A stretch of 64,000 bases of DNA, taken from the NCBI GenBank assembly GCA_036402955.1, contig DASWRX010000022.1, positions 1,442 to 65,441 on the forward strand, written 5' to 3'. The notes below the pieces were generated by a model. The model ran no database searches, had not been told where the DNA came from, and was given only the letters and a program-made list of their open reading frames with translations. This stretch comes from Thermoanaerobaculia bacterium (lineage in GTDB: Bacteria > Acidobacteriota > Thermoanaerobaculia > Multivoradales > UBA5704). The position numbers and the translations under genes are program-made. This document shows positions 49,870 through 57,889 of the stretch, one piece after another (positions within the stretch are counted from its first letter, which is position 1; every line of letters begins with the position of its first letter).

Positions 49870-51519
49870 ATGATGCCCGTCTCGCTTCACTCCGCAGGCT
49901 CGCGCGTGCTGCTCTCCGCCCTGGCTCTGGCCCTCGCCGTCGCCCCTGGGACTTTCGGGAAGGCGCCTCCCCGGTTCGCCTCCGGCGAGACGGTCAACGT
50001 CGAGGTCAAGATCGTTCCGTTCTACGCCGTCGACGCCGACGGCCGGGCCGTCACCGATCTGCGGCGCGACGAGATCGAGCTGCGGGTGGGCGGCGCCCCG
50101 GTGCCGGTCGAGTCGTTCGACCGCTACGCGAGCGCTCCCGGCGCCGCCGGCGCGCCGGCCGCATCGCCGTCATCGCCGCCGTCGCCGGCGGCCCCGATCC
50201 CCTCCCGCAACGTGTTTTTCCTGTTCGACACGGTCTTCTCGTCCGCCGCCGCCTTCCATACGGACAAGACGCTGGCCGCCCGGATGCTGGCGAGCTGGCC
50301 CGCCGGGGACCATGTATCCCTGCTCGTCAACGGCAGCGCCGGGATGGAGAGCCGGCTGGGTCCGGTCGCGGCCGCAGGCGAGGGCAAGAGGCGGTTGCTC
50401 GCCGCCATCGAGGACCTGAACCCGGAGGTCCGGCGCGTCGGCATGCAGTACGCGCCGGAGGAGGATTTCGGTCCCAACGGCGAGCGGGCGAGCCGCGCCG
50501 GCCGCATCGTCGGCGGCTTCGGAATTCCCCAGGAGCAGGTCCACGCCGCCTGGGACGGCTTGCAGGGGAACGCGCGCGGCGAGTACATGAACATCGCGAA
50601 GAGCTACGCGAGCTCGCTCGGGGCGCTCGCCGCCGAGCTGCGGGGCCTCCCCGGTCCCAAGGTGCTGGCGATCTTCTCCCAGGGCCTGAACTACCTTCCT
50701 TATTTCGAGGGTGACAACGGGACCAGCCTCGGCCTCGACGATTCCGTCCTGGTGGACACGCGGCGCTCGGCGCCGCTGCTGGACCGCTTCCGGGTGCCGA
50801 TGGCCGCCCTCGCCGAGTCGGGCACGATGTCCATGTTCGTCAACACCCAGCGTTTCGGGCCCGACGCCGACGCTCCCCTGCGCGACATGGCGAAGAACGC
50901 CGGCGGTCTCTACTTCACCGGCGACGACGCCGGCGAGTTGGGAACGCGCATCGCCGGCTCGACCGCGGCCTATTACGAGGCGGGCTTCCGTCCGTCGGGT
51001 CCGGCGCTGGCCGCCTCCCACGCCAGCGTGGAGGTGGTCGTCCGCCGGCCGGGAGTGCGGGCCTGGGCGCCCGCCAGCGTGCGGATGTGGGAGCCGTACC
51101 GCGAGCTGAGCGTCGTCGAGAAGCGGCAGATGGTGGTCGATCTGGTGGTCGGCGGTCCCGGGTCCCAGAGCGCCCACTCGCCGGTGCGGCTGAAGCTGCA
51201 GGAGCTCGGCGGCAAGGTGGTGGGCCAGGCGGCGTCCGGGCATCCCCGGCTCAAGTTGGAGGCGGCATGGCCGGCGAGCTCCGCGAATCGCAAGCTGGAC
51301 TTCTACAACGTCCTGCTGGCCCCTCCCGGCAACGGCCAGAAGGGTCAGGTCCTCGCCTTCGATCATCGGGAAGGGACGGCGGCCGACCGCCCGGATCTGG
51401 AGGCGACGCTGGACGGCGAGGGCGCGCGGGTCTGGGGCATCCTCGCCGTTGATCCCGAGACCGAGCAGGCGTGGGTCCGCCGGCTGATGCTGCGGGCGCC
51501 GGGCAGGGGATCGAAGTAA
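49870..51519 (+). CDS. Secreted VWA-related (Acidobacterial VWFA-type) protein, paralog 1
   Basis: Track ORF 49756..51519. ATG at 49870 after AAGGGAGGG. Signal peptide MMPVSLHSAGSRVLLSALALALAVAPGTFG. N-terminal beta-sandwich-like ETVNVEVKIVPFYAVDADGRAVTDLRRDEIELRVGG. VWA beta1 strand NVFFLFDTVFSS. Confidence 0.8.
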   Translation: MMPVSLHSAGSRVLLSALALALAVAPGTFGKAPPRFASGETVNVEVKIVPFYAVDADGRAVTDLRRDEIELRVGGAPVPVESFDRYASAPGAAGAPAASPSSPPSPAAPIPSRNVFFLFDTVFSSAAAFHTDKTLAARMLASWPAGDHVSLLVNGSAGMESRLGPVAAAGEGKRRLLAAIEDLNPEVRRVGMQYAPEEDFGPNGERASRAGRIVGGFGIPQEQVHAAWDGLQGNARGEYMNIAKSYASSLGALAAELRGLPGPKVLAIFSQGLNYLPYFEGDNGTSLGLDDSVLVDTRRSAPLLDRFRVPMAALAESGTMSMFVNTQRFGPDADAPLRDMAKNAGGLYFTGDDAGELGTRIAGSTAAYYEAGFRPSGPALAASHASVEVVVRRPGVRAWAPASVRMWEPYRELSVVEKRQMVVDLVVGGPGSQSAHSPVRLKLQELGGKVVGQAASGHPRLKLEAAWPASSANRKLDFYNVLLAPPGNGQKGQVLAFDHREGTAADRPDLEATLDGEGARVWGILAVDPETEQAWVRRLMLRAPGRGSK

Positions 51520-51571
51520 AGGGATCAGGCCGTGAAAGAAACCAAATCGATAGTCTGAGAAAGGATCGATC

Positions 51572-53236
51572 ATGCCCGTCTCGCTTCACAGACTCAGCAT
51601 CATCAGCATCAAAGGATCGCGCGCGCTGCTCTCCGTCCTGGCTCTGGCTCTCGTAGCCCCTGGAGCTTTCGGGAAGACGCCTCCGGCGGCGCCCCCGCGG
51701 TTTGCCTCCGGCGAGACCGTCAACGTCGAGGTCAAGATCGTCCCGTTCTATGCCGTCGACGCCAAGGGCCGGGCCGTCACCGATCTGCGGCGCGACGAGA
51801 TCGAGCTGCGGGTGGGGGGCGCCGCGGTGCCGGTCGAATCGTTCGACCGCTACGTGATCTCGCCCGGGGTCGCCGGCGCGGCCGCATCGCCGTCCTCGTC
51901 GGCGGCGCCGATCCCCTCGCGCAACGTGTTCCTCCTGTTCGACACCGCCTTCTCGTCCGCCGCCGGCTTCAACACGGACAAGAAGCTGGCCGCCCGGATG
52001 CTGGCGACCTGGCCCGCCGGGGACCGCCTGTCCCTGATCGTCAACGGCACCTCCGGGATGGAGAGCCGGCTGGGTCCGGTCGCGGCTGAGGGCGAGGGCA
52101 AGCGGCAGCTCCTCGCCGCCATCGAGGATCTGAAGCCGGAGGTGCGGCGCATCGGGCTGCAGAACCACCCACAGGATGATTTCGGTCCCAACGGCGAGCG
52201 GGCGAGCCGCGCCGGCGGCGTCATCGACGGCGCCGGTATGCCCCAGGAGCAGATCCACGCCGCCTGGGACGGCCTGCGGGGGAGCGCGCGCGGCGAGTAC
52301 ATCGACGTCGCGAAGAGCTTCGCGAGCTCGCTCGGCACCCTCGCCGCCGCGCTGCGCGGCATCCCCGGTCCCAAGCTGCTGGTGATCTTCTCCCAGGGCA
52401 TGGACGACACCCTCTATTTCATCGGGGACGACGGAGTCAGGGTCGGCACCGACGAGTCCATCCTGGTGGACACGCGGCGCGCGCCGCCGCTGGTGGACCA
52501 ATTCCGGGCGCCGATGGCCGCCCTCGCCGAGTCGGGCGCGATGTCCATGTTCGTCAATACCCAGCGCTTCGAGGCGATGGACGCCGACGCTCCCCTGCGC
52601 GACATGGCGAAGACCGCCGGCGGCCTCTACTTCGTCGGCAACGACGCTGGGGAGCTGGGAACGCGCATCGCCGGCTCGACCGCGGCCTACTACGAGGCGG
52701 GCTTCCGTCCGTCGGGTCCGGCGCTCGCCGCCTCCCGCGCCAACGTGGAGGTGGTCGTCCGCCGGCCGGGAGTGCGGGCCTGGGCGCCCGCCAGGGTGCG
52801 GATGTGGGAGCCCTACCGCGAGCTGAGCGTCGCCGAGAAGCGGCAGATGGTGGTCGATCTGGTGGTCGGCGGTCCCGGGTCCCAGAGCGCCCACTCGCCG
52901 GTACGGCTGAAGCTGCAGGAGCTCGGCGGCAAGGTGGTCGGCCAGGCGGCGTCCGGGCACCCCCGGCTCAAGTTCGAGGCGGCGTGGCCGGCGAGCCTCG
53001 CCAACCGCAAGCTGGACTTCTACAACGTCCTGCTGGCCCCTCCCGGCAACGGCCAGAAGGGTCAGGTCCTCGCCTTCGATCATCGGGAAGGGACGGCGGC
53101 CGACCGCCCGGACCTCGAGGCGACCCTGGACGGCGAGGGCGCGCGGGTCTGGGGCATCCTCGCCGTCGATCCCGAGACCGAGCAGGCGTGGGTCCGCCGG
53201 CTGATGCTGCGGGCGCCGGGAAAGGGGGCGAAGTAA
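51572..53236 (+). CDS. Secreted VWA-related protein, paralog 2
   Basis: 554 aa with the same architecture (ETVNVEVKIVPFYAVDAKGRAVTDLRRDEIELRVGG; NVFLLFDTAFSS). The last 163 codons are near-identical to paralog 1. Confidence 0.8.
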   Translation: MPVSLHRLSIISIKGSRALLSVLALALVAPGAFGKTPPAAPPRFASGETVNVEVKIVPFYAVDAKGRAVTDLRRDEIELRVGGAAVPVESFDRYVISPGVAGAAASPSSSAAPIPSRNVFLLFDTAFSSAAGFNTDKKLAARMLATWPAGDRLSLIVNGTSGMESRLGPVAAEGEGKRQLLAAIEDLKPEVRRIGLQNHPQDDFGPNGERASRAGGVIDGAGMPQEQIHAAWDGLRGSARGEYIDVAKSFASSLGTLAAALRGIPGPKLLVIFSQGMDDTLYFIGDDGVRVGTDESILVDTRRAPPLVDQFRAPMAALAESGAMSMFVNTQRFEAMDADAPLRDMAKTAGGLYFVGNDAGELGTRIAGSTAAYYEAGFRPSGPALAASRANVEVVVRRPGVRAWAPARVRMWEPYRELSVAEKRQMVVDLVVGGPGSQSAHSPVRLKLQELGGKVVGQAASGHPRLKFEAAWPASLANRKLDFYNVLLAPPGNGQKGQVLAFDHREGTAADRPDLEATLDGEGARVWGILAVDPETEQAWVRRLMLRAPGKGAK

Positions 53237-53237
53237 G

Positions 53238-54854
53238 ATGCCGGTCTCGCCTCCCATCGTAGGCTCGCGCGCGCTGGTCGCCGCCCTGGCCGTGGCCGCC
53301 CTCGCTCTCCCGGGGGCCTTCGGGCAGGACCGCCCGGCGCCGGCTCCCCGGTTCAACGCCGGGGAGACGGTCGACGTCGAGGTCAAGATCGTCCCCTTCT
53401 ACGCCGTCGACGCCAAGGGGAACCCCGTCTACGACCTCAAGCCCGGCGAGGTCGAGCTGCGCGTGGGCGGCGCTCCCATTGCGATCGAGTCCTTCGATTC
53501 GTACGTCATCCCGTCCGGACCCGCCGGCGCCCAGGCGTCGCCGCTGACGCCGACGCCGTCGCGCACCGTGTTCTTCCTGTTCGACACGACCTTCTCTTCG
53601 CCGGCCGGCTTCAAGACGGACAAGCGGCTCGCCGCCCGGCTGGTCGAGGGCTGGCCCGGCGGCGACCGGCTGTTCCTGATCCTCCACGGCACCCGCGCCG
53701 GTCTGGAGCGGAAGCTGGGGCCGGTGCCGCCGGACGCCCAGGGGAAGAAGGAGCTGCTCGCCGCCATCGAGGCCCTCAGGCCGGAGACGCGGCGCGTCGA
53801 GCTGCAGGACGACCCCACCGTCGACTTCAGCCCTCCCGCCGGCAAGGCGAGCCGCACGGACACCGGCGCGCCGGACAGCCAGATGGCCCACGCCTACAAC
53901 AACATCCAGGGAGCGGTGCGCGGCGAGTACCACAGCGTGGCGCGGGATCTCGCCAGCTCGCTCGGGGATTTCGCCAGCGAGTTGCGGCGCATCTCCGGGC
54001 CCAAGCTGCTGGTGCTCTTCTCGCAGGGCATGAATGACGAGCTCTACTTCCAGGGGGACAGCGGCTTCAAGGTCGGCAGCGACGAGAGCGTCGAGGTCGA
54101 CACCCGGCGCGCGCCGCCGCTGGTGGACCGCTTCCGGGAGCCGCTCGCCGCGCTCGCCGAGTCGGGCACGGCGACCCTGTTCGTCAACACGGACCGGGAT
54201 CTGGAGAACGACGGCGACGGGGTGCTCCGCAACATGGCGCAGACCACGGGCGGCCTCTACGTCGAGGGGAAGGACCCGCGGGATCTCGAGAAGCGCATCG
54301 CCGGCTCCACCGCGGCCTACTACGAGGCGGGCTTCCATCCCGCCGGCGACCTGCTCCAGAAGACCCGCGCCGGCGTGGAAGTCGTGATCCGGCGGCCCGG
54401 AGTGCGGGCCTGGGCGCCCGCCGCGGTGCAGACGCGGGAGTCCTACCGCAGCCTGAGCGATTTCGAGAAGCGGCGGATGGTGATCGATCTCGTCGCCGGC
54501 GGCGCCGCGGCCCAGCACGCCCACAGCTCGGCGAAGCTGGGGCTCCAGAGCCTCACCGGCAAGACGGTGGGAATCGGCAAGAACGGGCGGCCCGTGCTGC
54601 GGTTCGAAGCGGCCTGGCCGGGGGGCCTCGCCGCCCGCAAGCTCGACCTCTACAACGTGGTGCTCGCGCTGCCCACGAAGGAGACCAAGGGCAAGATCCT
54701 CCAGTTCGAGAAGCGCGAGGGGATCGCCGCCGTCGACCAGGAGCTGCTCGAGACGCCCCTGCAGAAGCAGTTCGCCCAGACCTGGGGGATCGTCGCCGTC
54801 GATCCCGACACCGAGCAGCTCTGGCTCTGCCGGTTGCTGATCCAGCCCCCGTAG
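53238..54854 (+). CDS. Secreted VWA-related protein, paralog 3 (more diverged)
   Basis: 538 aa. Its ATG lies 1 nt after the TAA of paralog 2. ETVDVEVKIVPFYAVDAKGNPVYDLKPGEVELRVGG; TVFFLFDTTFSS. Confidence 0.8.
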   Translation: MPVSPPIVGSRALVAALAVAALALPGAFGQDRPAPAPRFNAGETVDVEVKIVPFYAVDAKGNPVYDLKPGEVELRVGGAPIAIESFDSYVIPSGPAGAQASPLTPTPSRTVFFLFDTTFSSPAGFKTDKRLAARLVEGWPGGDRLFLILHGTRAGLERKLGPVPPDAQGKKELLAAIEALRPETRRVELQDDPTVDFSPPAGKASRTDTGAPDSQMAHAYNNIQGAVRGEYHSVARDLASSLGDFASELRRISGPKLLVLFSQGMNDELYFQGDSGFKVGSDESVEVDTRRAPPLVDRFREPLAALAESGTATLFVNTDRDLENDGDGVLRNMAQTTGGLYVEGKDPRDLEKRIAGSTAAYYEAGFHPAGDLLQKTRAGVEVVIRRPGVRAWAPAAVQTRESYRSLSDFEKRRMVIDLVAGGAAAQHAHSSAKLGLQSLTGKTVGIGKNGRPVLRFEAAWPGGLAARKLDLYNVVLALPTKETKGKILQFEKREGIAAVDQELLETPLQKQFAQTWGIVAVDPDTEQLWLCRLLIQPP

Positions 54855-54857
54855 CCC

Positions 54858-55916
54858 CTACGGCCGGATCACCACCTTGAGAGCCTCGCGCCGCCGCATG
54901 CTGCGCAGGGCGGCTTCGAGCTCGGCGAGGGGGCGCTCGGCGGAGAGGAGGGCCTGGGGGTGGAGCTTGCCGCTCGCCAGCAGGGCGAGGGCGCGCTGGA
55001 AGGTCGCCGGGCGGTGGTGGTAGGCGCTCTTGACCGTGATCTCGGAGTAGTGGAGGCGGTGGGCGTCCAGCGGCACGGTGGTGCCCGGCGGGCAGCCGCC
55101 GAAGAGCTGCACGACACCGCCCGGACGCACCGACGCCAGGGCATCCTGCCAGGCGGCGGGGGAACCGGTGGCCTCGATGGCGACGTCGAAGCCGTCGCCG
55201 GTCCGCGAGCGGCGGCAGAGGCGGCCCGCTTCGCCGCCGTCCCGGCTGACCTGCACGGTGGCGTGGGCGCCCACGGTCCGGCCCACCTCCAGACGCCAGG
55301 GGTTGGGGTCCGCCAGCACGATGTGGTGCTCGCCCCGGGCGGGAAAATCCGCCGGCGAGTTGGCGAGCACGTCCACGAACAGTAGGCCGATCGGGCCGCC
55401 GCCGTAGACCACGATCTCCGAGGCCCGCTCGAGCCCTGAGATCTCCAGGCCGTGCAGCACGCAGGCGAGCGGCTCGGCGAGCGCGCCGATCTCGAAGGGG
55501 AGCTTCGCCGGCAGCGGATAGGTGCTCCCGGTCGTGAAGCGGCGAGGGATCAGCAGGTATTCGGAGAACGCGCCGTTCAGATAGTGGAGGTCCGAGCAGA
55601 GGTTCTCGCGCCCGCGGACGCACCATTCGCAGACGCCGCACGGCGCGGAGTTCGCCACTACCACCCGGTCGCCCGGCCGCCAGCGCTCGACGCCCGGACC
55701 CACGGCGGTGATCGTGCCCGCCATCTCGTGGCCGAACGGGGTCGGGGCCCTGAGCATGCGCGGATGGCCGCCGCGCTGAAAGGCCTTGAGGTCGGTGCCG
55801 CAGGTGGTGGCGGCGCCGATCCGCAGCAGCAGCTCCCCCTCGCCCGGCTCCGGCACCGGGACGTCGCGCAACTCCAGCCGCTCCGGCCCGATCAGGAAGG
55901 CGGTGGTGGAGATCAT
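54858..55916 (-). CDS. Zn-dependent medium-chain dehydrogenase/reductase (sorbitol/threonine dehydrogenase-like)
   Basis: 352 aa with CGTDL, GHEMAG and CGVCEWCVRGRENLC (structural Zn) motifs and a GGGPIG nucleotide-binding loop. Confidence 0.85.
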   Translation of the reverse strand: MISTTAFLIGPERLELRDVPVPEPGEGELLLRIGAATTCGTDLKAFQRGGHPRMLRAPTPFGHEMAGTITAVGPGVERWRPGDRVVVANSAPCGVCEWCVRGRENLCSDLHYLNGAFSEYLLIPRRFTTGSTYPLPAKLPFEIGALAEPLACVLHGLEISGLERASEIVVYGGGPIGLLFVDVLANSPADFPARGEHHIVLADPNPWRLEVGRTVGAHATVQVSRDGGEAGRLCRRSRTGDGFDVAIEATGSPAAWQDALASVRPGGVVQLFGGCPPGTTVPLDAHRLHYSEITVKSAYHHRPATFQRALALLASGKLHPQALLSAERPLAELEAALRSMRRREALKVVIRP

Positions 55917-56995
55917 CCGGGCATCCCGTCCGGCACCAGCAGCACCTTGAGCGCCCGCCGCTCGCGGGCGAGGGTCACCGCTTCTTCAAAACGGGAGAGC
56001 GGCAGCCGGTGGGTGACGAGCGGAGAAGGGTCCAGCCGCCGCGAGACGAGCAGGCGGTAGGCCTCGCGCTGTTCGGTGAGCCCGCTCGAGTAGGTGCCGA
56101 GCAGTCGGCGCTCGCCCTTGAAGAAGGCGTTGAGGCTGAACCCGGCCGGCTCGTCGTGATCCTCGGAATCGGCGTGGGCGAAGAGGACCACGGCGCCGCC
56201 GGGACGGGAGATCGCCAGCGCCGTCTCCAGCAAATCCGCGCCGCCCACCGTGTCGAAGACGGCGTCGGCGCCGAGGTCGCTGGAGAGCTCGTCGATCGCT
56301 CTCCGGGTCGCCGCGCCCGGAGGCATCGCGGCGTCCGCGCCCAGCCGCCGGGCGAGGTCGCGGCGGTCTTCCAGGGGATCGGAGACCGCGACCCGGAGAT
56401 CCGGATGGACGGCCTTGAGGACCAGCAGGTGGAGGAGCCCCATGCTGCCACCGCCCAGGATCGCGGCGCTGCCGGGGACGGGGCCGGCGAGGGCCGTCTC
56501 GGTCAGGCGCGCATGGCGGACGCCGCGCAGCACGCACGCCGCCGGCTCCAGGAAGACGGCGGCCTCGTCCGAGAGGTGGGGCGGCAGCCCGAAGGCCGCC
56601 TGGCGGACGGCCCGCTCGCGCACCAGCACCCACTCGGAGAAGCCGCCGGGCACGAGCAGGTTCTCGCGGAAGGCGGGGCAGAGCGGCTCGCCGCCACGGC
56701 GGCAGAGAGCGCACTCGCCGCAGGCCACGTGATGGGGAACGGCGACGCGGTCGCCGGGCGCGAAGCCCCGCACCCCCTCGCCCAGGACCGCGACCGTGCC
56801 GACGATCTCATGGCCGAGCACGGAGCCGGCGGTGGCGGTCGCGTGGCGCAGCTTGAACAGGTCGGTGCCGCAGAGGCCGGCGCAGCGCAGGCGCAGCAGC
56901 ATCTCGCCCGGTCCGGGAGCGGGGCGCGGGCGGGATTCGATGCGCACGGCGCCCCCCACGGCGCAGGCGGCCACGGTCGTCGAGGTCGTCTCCAT
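55913..56995 (-). CDS. Zn-dependent medium-chain dehydrogenase/reductase, second copy
   Basis: Track ORF 55913..57040. Start at Met16 (ATG at 56995, METTSTT...). Motifs CGTDL, GHEIVG, CGECALCRRGGEPLC and GGGSMG. Its stop overlaps the downstream dehydrogenase start (ATGA). Confidence 0.85.
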   Translation of the reverse strand: METTSTTVAACAVGGAVRIESRPRPAPGPGEMLLRLRCAGLCGTDLFKLRHATATAGSVLGHEIVGTVAVLGEGVRGFAPGDRVAVPHHVACGECALCRRGGEPLCPAFRENLLVPGGFSEWVLVRERAVRQAAFGLPPHLSDEAAVFLEPAACVLRGVRHARLTETALAGPVPGSAAILGGGSMGLLHLLVLKAVHPDLRVAVSDPLEDRRDLARRLGADAAMPPGAATRRAIDELSSDLGADAVFDTVGGADLLETALAISRPGGAVVLFAHADSEDHDEPAGFSLNAFFKGERRLLGTYSSGLTEQREAYRLLVSRRLDPSPLVTHRLPLSRFEEAVTLARERRALKVLLVPDGMPG

Positions 56996-57027
56996 TCCGC
57001 GTGAATCGTAGTGGCACGATAGAATGG

Positions 57028-57846
57028 ATGTCCATGTCATCCCGCAGACGGGCCGTCCGCCGCCCCCGCAGAGTCCAGGTCCAGTTCTGGCGGCAGGGCG
57101 ATCCCACCTCTCACGTCGGGTACACCACGAACATCTCGATGACGGGGATGTTCATCGCCACCAACAGCCCCATCGTGAGCGGCGCGCGGATCCGGGTCGA
57201 GGTGATCGACCGCGAGCGCGGGTTCATGGTGGAGGGGGTCGTGGCCCACGCGCGGAAGATCCAGTTGGAGCTGACGCGCGTCCATCAGTCTGGGATGGGG
57301 GTGCGCTTCCTCACCGTGGAGGATCTGGTGCGGGAGCTGATTCCGGCCGGCTACGGCGAGTCGGAGGAGATCCCCCGGGAGATGACCCGGATGGCGCCCA
57401 TGGCTCCGCCGCCGGCCGAGCCGCCGCCCCTCATTCCACCGCCCGACATCCCACCGTTGCCGGATCTCGGAGCTCCCGAGCCCGTGGCCGCGCCGCCTCC
57501 CCCGCCAGCCAGACCTCCGGTCTCGGTGGCGCCGTCGGGCGGGGTCTTCGCGGTGCGCTTCTCCGGCGTCGAGGAGTTCATGGAGGTCTACCGGCGGGAC
57601 ATCCTCCAGGGAGGGCTCTTCGTCTCGACGCTCTACCCCGCGCGGCTCCAGGAGACCGTCCACGTCGAGATGTTCCCGCCGCTCCTCCACGCCGAGCCCT
57701 TGCTGGTGCGGGCCCGCGTCGTCCAGCGCTTCGAGCCGCACGCCGACTCCGGTCGCAACCTGCTGTCGGGGATGGGACTGGAGCTGACGGACCTGCCGGA
57801 GCTGCTGAAGCGGCTGGAGCCGGTGATGGAGCGGCTGAGGGGGTAG
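57028..57846 (+). CDS. Tandem PilZ-domain protein with Pro-rich linker
   Basis: Track ORF 57001..57846. ATG at 57028 (MSMSSRRRAVRRPRR...). The first domain has RxxxR plus N-I-S-x-x-G (YTTNISMTGMFI) and GMGVRF. The second PilZ-like domain has FMEVYRRDILQGGLFVST...GMGLEL and lacks a clear RxxxR. Confidence 0.72.
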   Translation: MSMSSRRRAVRRPRRVQVQFWRQGDPTSHVGYTTNISMTGMFIATNSPIVSGARIRVEVIDRERGFMVEGVVAHARKIQLELTRVHQSGMGVRFLTVEDLVRELIPAGYGESEEIPREMTRMAPMAPPPAEPPPLIPPPDIPPLPDLGAPEPVAAPPPPPARPPVSVAPSGGVFAVRFSGVEEFMEVYRRDILQGGLFVSTLYPARLQETVHVEMFPPLLHAEPLLVRARVVQRFEPHADSGRNLLSGMGLELTDLPELLKRLEPVMERLRG

Positions 57847-57871
57847 GGTAAGCCTCCTGCTGGTATCCCCC

Positions 57872-57880
57872 TGCTACAAT
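57872..57880 (+). promoter_or_regulatory. Extended -10 element TGCTACAAT, 9 nt before the ATG at 57890 (near-leaderless transcript?)
   Basis: TG at 57872-57873 and TACAAT at 57875-57880. No Shine-Dalgarno box lies between it and the ATG, and no good -35 is seen. Confidence 0.3.
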
Positions 57881-57889
57881 CCCCGCGCT

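Larger units (their letters stand above)
49870..53236 (+). repeat. Tandem direct duplication of about 1.7 kb (VWA paralogs 1 and 2)
   Basis: By eye, nucleotide alignment of 51028-51519 with 52745-53236 shows only scattered substitutions. The 5' ~250 nt of the mature-protein regions are also near-identical, while the central parts are more diverged. Confidence 0.8.

Noticed and set aside
51251-54524. Long minus-strand ORFs (51251..53386, 52968..54524, 50170..51573) over the VWA array
   Set aside because: They are antisense to three plus-strand genes that have signal peptides and conserved paralogous structure. Their translations are low-complexity.
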